A stretch of DNA of 64,000 bases from Pseudomonadota bacterium (GTDB lineage: Bacteria; Bdellovibrionota; Bdellovibrionia; Bdellovibrionales; Bdellovibrionaceae). How positions within the stretch are numbered: the first letter of the stretch is position 1; each line of letters opens with the position of its first letter. A program made the translations under genes and the position numbers. Positions 18,796 through 28,169 of the stretch are shown here, in pieces. Under the pieces are notes generated by a model, which did no database searches, was not told where the DNA came from, and saw only the letters and a list, made by a program, of their open reading frames with translations. The stretch is taken from contig JBEGVH010000009.1 in NCBI GenBank assembly GCA_041178425.1, positions 96,001 to 160,000 of the forward strand, written 5' to 3'.

Positions 18796-18872
18796 TGGTC
18801 GGACCGAGCGGATTTGAACCGCCGACCTCTTGCACCCCAAGCAAGCGCTCTACCAAGCTGAGCCACGGTCCG
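18796..18872 (-). tRNA. tRNA-Pro (anticodon GGG)
   Basis: CGGACCGTGGCTCAGCTTGGTAGAGCGCTTGCTTGGGGTGCAAGAGGTCGGCGGTTCAAATCCGCTCGGTCCGACCA: 77 nt, folds as a cloverleaf, anticodon arm CTTGC-TTGGGGT-GCAAG, encoded CCA. Confidence 0.97.
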
Positions 18873-18950
18873 ACACAAAAAGTATTTATAATTTACTTAA
18901 GCTAAATCTTTCCCTTTGTCTATAAAGATACTGCTGCGCTAACTAACAGA

Positions 18951-19295
18951 TCAATCTTCGTCGTCGTCTTCAACAACTCCGGCGATATCTTCACCATTTA
19001 ACATAGCCTTTAGCACTTGACTCGGGCGAAACGTAAGAACGTGTCGAGCGCTAATGGTGATCTGATCACCCGTTTGAGGATTGCGCCCAATACGAGATCG
19101 CTTTGAGCGTACCACAAAGTTTCCAAACCCAGAGATCTTTACTTTTTCACCAGTCGTAATGCTTTCTTTGAGAGTCGCAAAAATAAGCTCAACGAGATCG
19201 GCGGCTTCTTTCTTTGAAAACCCAAGATTCTCATACACCTTCTCTACTAGATCAGCTTTTGTCACTGTGTTGTGACTTGTGTTTTGACCGCCCAT
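18951..19295 (-). CDS. ihfA: integration host factor subunit alpha
   Basis: TKADL, VKISGFGNF, GRNPQTG, TFRPSQVLK; directly follows pheT. Confidence 0.95.
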   Translation of the reverse strand: MGGQNTSHNTVTKADLVEKVYENLGFSKKEAADLVELIFATLKESITTGEKVKISGFGNFVVRSKRSRIGRNPQTGDQITISARHVLTFRPSQVLKAMLNGEDIAGVVEDDDED

Positions 19296-19343
19296 AGTCT
19301 GCTCCCTCTAATAACAATTCCCTGTCATTTCAATCAGTATGAC

Positions 19344-21779
19344 CTATCGAACCTGAATTTCCCAACGTTTTTTTAAACTTGCAAGAATAGCATCAACAGA
19401 TTCTTGTACCTGAGCGTCAGTCAACGTGGCCTCGAGATTTTGGTATCTTAGCCGATAAGCCACAGACTTTTGCCCCTCTGGCAATTTATCTCCCTCATAC
19501 ACATCGAAAACACTCACCGACTGAAGGTTTGCTCCACCCGTTTTTTGAATTTCTTGCTGAACCGCTCCTGCGCCTAAATTTTTAGACATCACCAGAGCCA
19601 AATCTCGATCAACCGCCTGGAACTTTGAAATGGGTCTAACAAATTGAGTTCGCCCCAATCCCTTTAAGAGAGTTTCAGCTTCAAATTCAAATATCGCAGA
19701 ATCTGTACGAACTTTTAATTCCTCTCTCAGCGATGGATGAAGAGTTCCCAAGAAACCAATCTTCTTTCCTTCCAATTGCAAAACGACGGACTGCCCCGGA
19801 TGCAAAAACTCCGGAAGAGCACCCACTTCACTCCCCTTAATCCACTGCCAACCACGAAACCCCAGTGTGGTTAAGATTTCCTCAACCACTCGCTTAAGAT
19901 CCATCACTACCGGAGTATTAAGTGCTGCCGTCCACAAATTTTGTTGCCAACCCCAAGCAATCCCTGCCCAGCGAAGTTTTTCTTGGTAGGCCCCATCGAC
20001 GGTATCAAAAACAGTTCCGATCTCAAAGAGTCGTCCAAATTCGACACCATGGTGAAAATTGTGATGAAGATTATCAACCAGCCCCATACTCAGTGTGGTT
20101 CTCATTACATCCAAATGTTCATTGAGAGGATTAACAAGCCGCACCGGCTGCTGAAAGCCCTGGAGACCCGACTTTACAAAGGCATCCATATTGCTTGTAA
20201 ACTTTTTTTGTTTTTCTGTTGAAACGAAGGCAAAGTTCAAAGCCTGACTGTAACCAAGTCCAGTCATCAGCTCGACCATATGACACTGAAAACGATACCC
20301 GAGATCATGAGCTGTGGGCGGAGTTCCTAGCGCAGGAAGCGTTTCTGGAATATGCTCGTACCCATTTAGCCTAGCGTACTCCTCGACGAGATCCATGTCG
20401 ATCTCAAGGTCAAAACGCCATGTCGGTGGTTGAATTTTGTAGGCCTCACCCACTTTTTCAATCTGGCAACCCAAACGAATCATCCACGATTCGAACTTTG
20501 CAATATCGATCGCATAGCCAAGACGATCAGAAACGGTGCCAGGAAGAATTTCAATTGTCGACCGAACAGCCTCTTGGCTCTTTACTTCGAATACCTTCGA
20601 AGCCACCTGACCACCAGCCACCTCTAATAACAAACCCGTTGCGCGATTGAGCGCTTCGATCGTGTGGGTCGGATCGACCCCTCGAGAGAACCGATAACCG
20701 GAGTCAGTGTTTAAACCGTGGTTACGTGCACCTCTTCGCACAAACTGAGGAGCAAAATAGGCCGCCTCAAGAAAAATATCTTGAGTATCATCTTGAACTC
20801 CTGAGTTTTTTCCACCAATCACACCGCCCATACAAAGCGATCGATTAGCATCCTGAATCATAAGTTCTTCACCACGCAAGTTCAGCTCAGTGCCATCAAG
20901 CGTAACAAACTTCTCATTGGCCTGAGCTTTACCAATTCGCAACCGCCCACCCTGAATCTGACGAAGATCAAAAGCATGAAGAGGCTGACCCCACTCCATC
21001 ATCACGTAGTTAGTCACATCCACAACATTATTAATAGAATTGAGACCAACCGTTTCGAGGCGTTTTTTTAGCCAATCAGGACTTGGCCCAACTTTCACAC
21101 CGCGAATGATTCTCCCCGTATAGCGCGGACACATCTCGGGTGCAGCTACCTCAATGCCAAAATCCATCCCAACACCGGTAGGCGAGTACTCTTTGAGCTC
21201 ACTGGTTTTAAAAGGGCGATCAAGCAAACAAGCAATCTCCCGAGCTAAACCAATATGACTTAAGCAGTCGGCGCGATTTGGTGTTACCTTCAACTCAAAA
21301 GTAACGTCATTAAAACCGGCAAAATCGGCAAAGCTCTTACCGATTGGAGCATCCTCAGCGAGAATCGCAATGCCATCACTCGTGTCTGCTAAACCAAGTT
21401 CCTTGTAAGAACAAAGCATTCCCCCTGAAGCCACACCACGAATCACTGAATTTTTAATGGCAAAATTACCCGGAAGCACAGCCCCCGGCAGAGCTACAAT
21501 GACTCGATCTTGAGCTTTGTGGTTTTTAGCACCACAAACAATTTGATGTACAATCCCTTCACCCGTTGTCACTTTGCAGACCGTTAATTTGTCGGCATCG
21601 GGATGTTTGTCTTTTTCGAGAATCATTCCAACTTGAACAAAGCGATACTGCTGCGACAAATCGTGAATCTCTTCTACTTCTAACCCCGCTGCCGTCAGTA
21701 GGTTTGCCAGCTGAAGAGGACGATCAAAATATTCTTTTACATCTACGAATTCATTGAGCCATTTTAGTGAAATCTTCAT
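19344..21779 (-). CDS. pheT: phenylalanine--tRNA ligase beta subunit
   Basis: MKISLKWL, HPDADKL, TPNRADCLS, DLVEEYARLNGY, C-terminal FDX-ACB domain. Confidence 0.98.
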   Translation of the reverse strand: MKISLKWLNEFVDVKEYFDRPLQLANLLTAAGLEVEEIHDLSQQYRFVQVGMILEKDKHPDADKLTVCKVTTGEGIVHQIVCGAKNHKAQDRVIVALPGAVLPGNFAIKNSVIRGVASGGMLCSYKELGLADTSDGIAILAEDAPIGKSFADFAGFNDVTFELKVTPNRADCLSHIGLAREIACLLDRPFKTSELKEYSPTGVGMDFGIEVAAPEMCPRYTGRIIRGVKVGPSPDWLKKRLETVGLNSINNVVDVTNYVMMEWGQPLHAFDLRQIQGGRLRIGKAQANEKFVTLDGTELNLRGEELMIQDANRSLCMGGVIGGKNSGVQDDTQDIFLEAAYFAPQFVRRGARNHGLNTDSGYRFSRGVDPTHTIEALNRATGLLLEVAGGQVASKVFEVKSQEAVRSTIEILPGTVSDRLGYAIDIAKFESWMIRLGCQIEKVGEAYKIQPPTWRFDLEIDMDLVEEYARLNGYEHIPETLPALGTPPTAHDLGYRFQCHMVELMTGLGYSQALNFAFVSTEKQKKFTSNMDAFVKSGLQGFQQPVRLVNPLNEHLDVMRTTLSMGLVDNLHHNFHHGVEFGRLFEIGTVFDTVDGAYQEKLRWAGIAWGWQQNLWTAALNTPVVMDLKRVVEEILTTLGFRGWQWIKGSEVGALPEFLHPGQSVVLQLEGKKIGFLGTLHPSLREELKVRTDSAIFEFEAETLLKGLGRTQFVRPISKFQAVDRDLALVMSKNLGAGAVQQEIQKTGGANLQSVSVFDVYEGDKLPEGQKSVAYRLRYQNLEATLTDAQVQESVDAILASLKKRWEIQVR

Positions 21780-21788
21780 ATTTGCGCC

Positions 21789-22814
21789 TTACTTATTAAA
21801 CTGCTGAAGGAAGCGGAGATCGTTTTCTGGAAACAAACGGATGTCGGGAATACCATACTTAATAATGGCCATTCTTTCGACCCCAAATCCAAACGCGAAT
21901 CCCTGCCAGTCGGGATATTTAACACCCGCAGCCTGAAAGACACGAGGATTGATCAGGCCTGCGCCTCCGATTTCGATCCATCCCGATTGTTTACACAACG
22001 AACAACCATCACCTTTACAGATCGGACAAGAACAATCCACCTCTGCTGAAGGCTCAGTAAATGGGAAAAAGCTCGGACGAAAGCGAGTTTTCAACCCCGA
22101 ACCAAAGAATTCTTGCACAAAAAAACTGATGGTACCTTTGAGATCGGCCATCGAAACTTTACGATCTACACACATTCCTTCGATTTGATGAAAGTGAGGT
22201 AAATGTGAAATATCGCTATCACAACGAAAAACACCGCCAGTTCCAATGATTCGCAAAGGCGGTTTTTCAAGCTCAAGGGAGTGAATCTGAATAGGCGAAG
22301 TGTGCGTGCGAAGCACATGCATTCCATCCACAAAAAAAGTGTCTTGCATATCTCGCGCAGGGTGATCGGCAGGGATATTGAGCGCTTCAAAATTATATTT
22401 GTCTTTTTCGATGATCGGACCCGTTCGCAAACTGTAACCCAGGCGAGCCATAATTTGAAAGATTTCTTCTGTCACCTTTTGCACTGGATGAGGATGCCCC
22501 AACTCTCGGGGCCAAGATGGCAAAGTGAGATCCATCTCTTCTGCCGAAAGGCGGCTTTGGATCTCAGCTCTCTTAAGAGTCTCTTCACATTGTGTGTAAA
22601 TCTCTTCGAGATAACTCTTTACCTCATTGACGGCTTTTCCAAACAACGGCTTTTCTTCTTTGGGAAGAGTGGCCATTTTTTTCATGGCCTCGGTGAGGAG
22701 ACCATTTTTGCCGAGGAAGCGAACCTTTTGCTCATAGAGAGCAGCGGTTGATTTCGCTTCGGTGAATGATAACTGGGCTTCTTTTTTAATTTGTTCTAAA
22801 CTTTCTAAAGACAT
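21789..22814 (-). CDS. pheS: phenylalanine--tRNA ligase alpha subunit
   Basis: [39 protein letters not shown]. Confidence 0.98.
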   Translation of the reverse strand: MSLESLEQIKKEAQLSFTEAKSTAALYEQKVRFLGKNGLLTEAMKKMATLPKEEKPLFGKAVNEVKSYLEEIYTQCEETLKRAEIQSRLSAEEMDLTLPSWPRELGHPHPVQKVTEEIFQIMARLGYSLRTGPIIEKDKYNFEALNIPADHPARDMQDTFFVDGMHVLRTHTSPIQIHSLELEKPPLRIIGTGGVFRCDSDISHLPHFHQIEGMCVDRKVSMADLKGTISFFVQEFFGSGLKTRFRPSFFPFTEPSAEVDCSCPICKGDGCSLCKQSGWIEIGGAGLINPRVFQAAGVKYPDWQGFAFGFGVERMAIIKYGIPDIRLFPENDLRFLQQFNK

Positions 22815-22901
22815 AGGCGGCCAGTCTATCGAATCCAGGGGCGAAGATCACTAAGCAGTTCTGCGTGACATTCTGCAAAAATTCCGGCATCACTTCACTC
22901 T

Positions 22902-23723
22902 ATGGCTCATAAGAACAAAACGAACTACAGCCCCTACAAGGCTCGGCAAAAAGAGGGTTCCCTGAGTGCTCGCCCCAAACTGGGCAAGCACCGCGCACCC
23001 GACAAAGTTTACCCCCTTGAAGAAGCCAATGATCGCCTTTACGACCTTTTCAGAAACCATGGTTTTGGCGACTATCCTCATGCCAAACGCCGACAACTCG
23101 CCCATTTTTATAGCCTCTTGATGGAAGTTCAAAGCAAAGAGAACTTCACTCGCCTCACCAGCGTACGTGACGTCGGCCTCAAACACTTTATTGATTGCCT
23201 CATGATCCCTCGCCTTACAAAGTTGCAGTTTCCACTGATGGATGTGGGAACAGGCCCCGGGTTTCCGGGTGTTCCCCTAAAGATTGAATTCCCCGAAGAG
23301 CCAATCATCTTGGCCGAGGGCGTTCAACGGCGAGTGGAGTTTTTAAAGCATGTTCGCGAGGCGATGGACTTACCCAATCTCCCCATCCTCGGTCGCAATA
23401 TCAATCCTGAATGCTTTTACCCCGTTAATGGGGTGATCACCCGAGCGGTTGAGGATCTCCGCAACACCCTTGGCAATGTGATTCACTGCCTTCAACTCGG
23501 AGGTAGAGCCTATTTTATGAAAGGCCCCGGTGTTGACCCTGAAATCCCCATGGCTCTTGAAACCTGGGGTGAATTCTATAAACTGGTAGAAGATCACAAG
23601 TACACGCTCCCCCAAACAGATCAAGAACGACGCTTGGTAGTTTTTGAAAAAATTAAATCTCCACCGGTCAGCGATGAATTTCTTGAGAGCCTCGGGCTCC
23701 CTGACGACGACAATGAGGACTAG
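22902..23723 (+). CDS. rsmG: 16S rRNA (guanine527-N7)-methyltransferase RsmG/GidB family
   Basis: NFTR, KHFIDCL, DVGTGPGFPGVPLKI, ITRAV, MKG, RRLVV. Confidence 0.85.
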   Translation: MAHKNKTNYSPYKARQKEGSLSARPKLGKHRAPDKVYPLEEANDRLYDLFRNHGFGDYPHAKRRQLAHFYSLLMEVQSKENFTRLTSVRDVGLKHFIDCLMIPRLTKLQFPLMDVGTGPGFPGVPLKIEFPEEPIILAEGVQRRVEFLKHVREAMDLPNLPILGRNINPECFYPVNGVITRAVEDLRNTLGNVIHCLQLGGRAYFMKGPGVDPEIPMALETWGEFYKLVEDHKYTLPQTDQERRLVVFEKIKSPPVSDEFLESLGLPDDDNED

Positions 23724-23727
23724 TTGA

Positions 23728-24462
23728 ATGAAAGAGATTAATAGCCCTCAAAATGAGCAATTCAAATACTGGAAGAGCCTCACAAAGAGCAAAGGCCTCA
23801 AAGAGGGCCACCACTTCTTACTGTCTGGTAGCAAATTGGTTGAGGAAACACTCCTCGATCATGATTGGTCCTCTAAAGTTGAGGTTATCCTTAAAACTAA
23901 AAAACAAACACTGCCACCCATAAAAACAAAAGCGGAAGTCGTAGAATTAGCGATACCCCTTTTTGATGAAATCGATATTTTAGGAACTCACTCACCAATC
24001 CTTGTTTTACAGCAACCCCAATGGCCTCAATGGAAGGACTCTGTAGCCCCGCAAGGCCTCGAACTGCTTTGCCCCTTTGGCGATCCTCAAAATCTCGGAG
24101 CCCTTCTGCGAACAGCTTACGGATTTGGAGCCTCCAAAGTTGTTCTCTTGAAAGAATCGGCCCATCCGCTTTTGCCAAAATCAATGAAGGCGTCTTCTGG
24201 CGCCATTCTAAAAATGGCCATTGAGTGGGGCCCCTCCATTCACGAAATTGGACCTTCGGCCATCGCACTCGATCTTGCGGGCACACCAATAAGCTCTAAA
24301 AAGTGGCCAACTAATATACGACTTCTTCTGGGAGAAGAGGGACCAGGCGTACCAGCGAGCTTTTCCGGAGAGCGCATCACTCTGCCCATGAAAAACCCTC
24401 TAGAATCCTTGAATGCCGCTCTAGCCGCGGGAATTGCGATTTACGAATTCACGCAGCGATAA
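23728..24462 (+). CDS. TrmH/SpoU family RNA methyltransferase
   Basis: DPQNLGALLRTA, LGEEGPGV, ESLNAALA. Confidence 0.92.
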   Translation: MKEINSPQNEQFKYWKSLTKSKGLKEGHHFLLSGSKLVEETLLDHDWSSKVEVILKTKKQTLPPIKTKAEVVELAIPLFDEIDILGTHSPILVLQQPQWPQWKDSVAPQGLELLCPFGDPQNLGALLRTAYGFGASKVVLLKESAHPLLPKSMKASSGAILKMAIEWGPSIHEIGPSAIALDLAGTPISSKKWPTNIRLLLGEEGPGVPASFSGERITLPMKNPLESLNAALAAGIAIYEFTQR

Positions 24463-24600
24463 ATAAGTTTACTATACCAAATTCCTGTTGTTTAAAAACA
24501 TCCTCTGTTTAAAGTCTGGAAACGTGCATCAAAGCTAATGATATTCTTGAATTAGCTCAATTTTTTTGCCTTAATTAAATCACAAACAAAGGGAGATTCT

Positions 24601-24849
24601 ATGTCACTACGTAATATCGCTACTGCTGCTGCTTTGGTACTTGCTTCTTCATTCGCATTTGCAAATGACCACAAAGCTGAACACAAAGAAGCTGCTCCAG
24701 CTCACGAAGCTGCTGCTGCTCCAGCTCCAGAAGCTGCTAAAAAAGGTAAAAAAGCTAAAGCTGCTACTGCTGCTCCAGCTCCAGAAGCTGCTGCTGCTGC
24801 TCCAGCTCACGAAGCTGCTCCAGCACACGATGCTAAAAAAGCTCACTAA
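24601..24849 (+). CDS. small secreted Ala/Lys/His/Pro-rich low-complexity protein
   Basis: GGGAG RBS, signal peptide ending AFA, AAPA(H/P)EAA repeats, extreme codon bias, own terminator. Confidence 0.85.
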   Translation: MSLRNIATAAALVLASSFAFANDHKAEHKEAAPAHEAAAAPAPEAAKKGKKAKAATAAPAPEAAAAAPAHEAAPAHDAKKAH

Positions 24850-24875
24850 GCTTTTTGTACACGAAAGTGTAATCG

Positions 24876-24906
24876 AAAGGATCGATGCAAATCGATCCTT
24901 TTTTTT
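24876..24906 (+). terminator. Rho-independent terminator
   Basis: AAAGGATCGAT-GCAA-ATCGATCCTTT followed by a T run. Confidence 0.9.
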
Positions 24907-24908
24907 AT

Positions 24909-25931
24909 TTAAAAGTTATTTTTGCGCGTTTTAAAGTTCTCGATGCACTTCACAACGGCTCGAGCATACCGCTGCTGATATTTGGAACCATTATAGCGAC
25001 GTGCTAGCTCGGCATCAGGTACTTTTCCCTGGACCGCATGCTCACGAGCCTCTTGAACCTTAATACCCATCGTCATCAATCCCATACAAACACCATCATC
25101 ACGATAGAGTGGATTAAGGCGTTCTGTTGGCGGATTAGATCGAGCCTCGTTATAGATATCCGTCTTGTTGTAGCCCGATGGAACCAGTAGATTATCAATC
25201 GCCTTTAGGTACTTATCTTCTCTGGTCGAATTCATCGTGAGACAGCTCTTGAGCTTCACTGACAAATTATCTTTTCGACCCCAACGAGCACTGATTTCTC
25301 GCATGGTGGTATTAGTAATCTGAGCCAAGCCATTCCCGTTCATATTGTGCACAAGACGATCGCGCATTGGATTTTCCTGTTCAAATACACAACGAGCAAA
25401 AGCGTATTTAACTTCAAAGAGCTGTGAAGCGGCTTTCATTTTTGGAAGAAGACACTCATCACTCACACTCTCAAAATATAAATTGGTTTTTTTATCAATT
25501 CCATCTCCGGTGCAGGTCTTTGGGGCAAGTATGCCATTGCTCAGCTTAGAGGTTTCATCACTCAAAAGCTCTAATGTTGCATCATCCACAAACTCCATGA
25601 CCGCCGCCGCGTCTTTTTCAGGAATAGGGTGCCCCGCGATCTCTTCAGTCTCCAGAGACTCGTTCTCATAGCTCTGAGTTGGAATTTCGCCCGGAGCTGA
25701 GGGTTCATAAGGACTAGGATCTTTAATTACCGATTCACTCACTTCTTCGGGGTGTTTCGCTAGTATTTCACGAGCCCGGTGGTAGGCTTCTTCGTCGATA
25801 TTCATAACGATATTGACTCCATTATCGTTATCTAATTGATGAGGCTCGCCACAACCAATCATTGCTGCAAAAGCCAAAAGAACAATCCACTGACTCTTTT
25901 TAATGATGTTGGCGTTTGTGATGGTTTTCAT
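24909..25931 (-). CDS. lipoprotein with a putative lysozyme-like (lytic transglycosylase) C-terminal domain
   Basis: Lipobox AMIGC; VFEQEN...GNGLAQIT...LARRYNGS pattern. Start at ATG 25931 behind AAAGGTGAGG. Confidence 0.55.
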   Translation of the reverse strand: MKTITNANIIKKSQWIVLLAFAAMIGCGEPHQLDNDNGVNIVMNIDEEAYHRAREILAKHPEEVSESVIKDPSPYEPSAPGEIPTQSYENESLETEEIAGHPIPEKDAAAVMEFVDDATLELLSDETSKLSNGILAPKTCTGDGIDKKTNLYFESVSDECLLPKMKAASQLFEVKYAFARCVFEQENPMRDRLVHNMNGNGLAQITNTTMREISARWGRKDNLSVKLKSCLTMNSTREDKYLKAIDNLLVPSGYNKTDIYNEARSNPPTERLNPLYRDDGVCMGLMTMGIKVQEAREHAVQGKVPDAELARRYNGSKYQQRYARAVVKCIENFKTRKNNF

Positions 25932-26115
25932 TTTATCCTCACCTTTCATACCTTCGATTCCTTCAAATCGATGTTTCTGGCAAGATGAGGATTTCTTATT
26001 AGGGAAAAATACACCCCTTTGACAAATTTAGACGTTTCAAAACAAGGCTAACACAGGATAGGGCGTTGCTGCCATTCAACGCCGCTCTATGAGAGTTTTT
26101 TCAAATCCCTGTAGA

Positions 26116-27501
26116 CTAGCCCCGCTCAAAGGTACAGGTGAAATGACGAAGGTACTTGGGCTGTTGAGTGATACGATAACCTTTGAGTTCCGGAAGCTGT
26201 GGCTTCAGATAACCCGCCATCTCGATCATATAATCAACATGGCTTTGGGTATAAACGCGCCGAGGAATCGCCAAGCGAACTAATTCTTTGGGCGCAGGAG
26301 TTTCGATTCCCGTCATACGATCTACCTGACCCAACATAACCGTGCCAACCTCACAACAACGAATCCCGATGTGCTCGTAGAGCGCAACAGCGAGGGCTTG
26401 CCCTGGATACTGGAGCACCGGAATATGTGGGAGCGCCTGGGCGGCATCAATATAAGCGGCATGCCCTCCCCATGGCCTCACCGTTGGATAACCCAAATCT
26501 TCGAGGGCTCGACCAAAGTACTCCACAGACCGAATTCGATAGGCAAGGTAGTTTTCGTCGAGAACTTCTTCCAGACCCACAGCTAAAGCCTCTAAATCCC
26601 GCCCTGCCAAGCCACCGTAAGTAGGAAAACCTTCGGTAATGACCATTAACCGGCGAATCTCTTCGGCCAAGGGGCCATCATTCACAGCCAAAAATCCACC
26701 AATGTTACCGAAAGCATCTTTTTTGGCACTCATCATGGCGCCATCACCGTATGAGAATAGCTCTCTTGCGATCTCGCGAACCGAGCGTTGAGATTGTCCT
26801 GGTTCTCGCATTTTTATAAAGTAGCTATTCTCCGCAAAGCGAGCACAGTCGATAAACATAGGAACTTTATGCTCTAAACAAATATTTTTAGTTTCTCGAA
26901 TATTTGCGAGAGATACAGGAAGCCCACCAATAGAATTGTTTGTGACAGTCATGATAACAAAAGCCACCTGCCCTGGGTTCTCAGCTAAATATTTTTTCAA
27001 GGCCAATACGTCGATATTTCCTTTGAAAGGAGACATACTCGAAGTTTCTTTCGCTTCGACGGACGGGAGATCAATGGCCTTAGCTCCTGAACTCTCGATG
27101 TTTGCGCGAGTCGTATCAAAGTGAGTATTGCCAATCACTACTTGCCCTGGCTTTAGAGTGGCCTTCATTAATAAATATTCAGCCCCTCGTCCCTGATGGG
27201 TGGGAATCACATGTTTGAGGCCCGTTAACTCTTGAATCGCCGATTCGAACCGATAAAATGACTTAGCCCCCGCATAAGACTCATCAGCCGTCATCATTGA
27301 CGCCCATTGAGTCGACGACATGGCACTCGTACTACTATCGGTCAATAAATCAAAAGTTACTCGATGGGCCGGAAGTGAGAATAAATTAAAGTGAGCTTTG
27401 GCTGCGGCCTCTTTACGCTCTTGCGAACTCAATTGATAAAGAGGCTCAACCATTTTTATTTTAAATGGTTCGATAATAGTTTTTGCCTTTGGTAATTCCA
27501 C
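26116..27501 (-). CDS. tnaA: tryptophanase (beta-eliminating lyase)
   Basis: EPFKIKMVEP, DLLTDS, THQGRGAE, MSAKKD (PLP Lys), EGFPTYGGLAGRD, RLAIPRRVYTQSH. LRHFT favours TnaA over tyrosine phenol-lyase (LRFFT). Confidence 0.88.
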   Translation of the reverse strand: MELPKAKTIIEPFKIKMVEPLYQLSSQERKEAAAKAHFNLFSLPAHRVTFDLLTDSSTSAMSSTQWASMMTADESYAGAKSFYRFESAIQELTGLKHVIPTHQGRGAEYLLMKATLKPGQVVIGNTHFDTTRANIESSGAKAIDLPSVEAKETSSMSPFKGNIDVLALKKYLAENPGQVAFVIMTVTNNSIGGLPVSLANIRETKNICLEHKVPMFIDCARFAENSYFIKMREPGQSQRSVREIARELFSYGDGAMMSAKKDAFGNIGGFLAVNDGPLAEEIRRLMVITEGFPTYGGLAGRDLEALAVGLEEVLDENYLAYRIRSVEYFGRALEDLGYPTVRPWGGHAAYIDAAQALPHIPVLQYPGQALAVALYEHIGIRCCEVGTVMLGQVDRMTGIETPAPKELVRLAIPRRVYTQSHVDYMIEMAGYLKPQLPELKGYRITQQPKYLRHFTCTFERG

Positions 27502-27568
27502 AGCCCCTCCCTTGGGTTGATTTTAATCGTGGCACTCCAAAAGACTCCCAAATCTTACAGTCTCTTTC

Positions 27569-27609
27569 AAAAAAAAACGCGCTAGGTTTTCCCAAGCGCG
27601 TTTTTTTTT
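27569..27609. terminator. bidirectional Rho-independent terminator ending the nuo operon
   Basis: A9-CGCGCT-aggttttccca-AGCGCG-T9. Confidence 0.88.
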
Positions 27610-27644
27610 ATTAATGTGAGAAATTCTGACTCTAAATTAAAAAC

Positions 27645-28169
27645 TTAGATTCCAGATTTATGTCGTTCTTCATCATCCACGATAGAAGGGATTCCGCCGC
27701 GAAGGTTCGGGCGATAGGCCAACTTTTCAATATCGTAAATGAAGTTAGCACCGTGAGCCCCTGGTGTTTGCCACTCTGGTCCCATACGAATCGCATCAAC
27801 CGGGCAGGCTTCTTCACAAAAACCGCAAAAAACACAGCGAAGAATATCGATTTCATAATTGATCGGATATTTCTCAACTGTTGGGTCATTATGCTCAGAC
27901 GCCACAATTGTAATACACTGAGCCGGGCAATTGGTTGCACACAACATACAAGCTGTACAACGAAGCGAACCATCTTTTTTAACGGTTAAAACGTGATTAC
28001 CTTTGAATCGAGGAGAGTATTCATACTTCTCTTCAGGATAGTTAATCGTTGGCATTTTTTTCGGATTCAATAAATTGGTATAAAGGTGCTTAAAAGTAAT
28101 AAACAACCCACCAAGAACTCCCGGCAAATACCATTTTGAACTTGGACCCGTCTTTTGAACTACGCTCAT
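27645..28169 (-). CDS. nuoI: NADH-quinone oxidoreductase subunit I
   Basis: TINYPEEK; two 4Fe-4S motifs, CTACMLCATNCP and CVFCGFCEEACP. Confidence 0.96.
   Translation of the reverse strand: MSVVQKTGPSSKWYLPGVLGGLFITFKHLYTNLLNPKKMPTINYPEEKYEYSPRFKGNHVLTVKKDGSLRCTACMLCATNCPAQCITIVASEHNDPTVEKYPINYEIDILRCVFCGFCEEACPVDAIRMGPEWQTPGAHGANFIYDIEKLAYRPNLRGGIPSIVDDEERHKSGI

Noticed and set aside
18628..18840. 70-aa ORF MGCKRSAVQIRSVRP
   Set aside because: It is a translation of the tRNA-Pro gene and the RAYT flank.
17864..18872. Prophage or integrative element at tRNA-Pro; IS605 element with TnpB
   Set aside because: No integrase, phage genes, att duplication or tnpB visible.
24690..24830. CRISPR array or non-coding tandem repeat
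   Set aside because: The repeats are in-frame Ala/Pro codons of the small secreted protein, with no repeat-spacer structure. The overlapping Leu-rich and Ser-rich ORFs are shadows.
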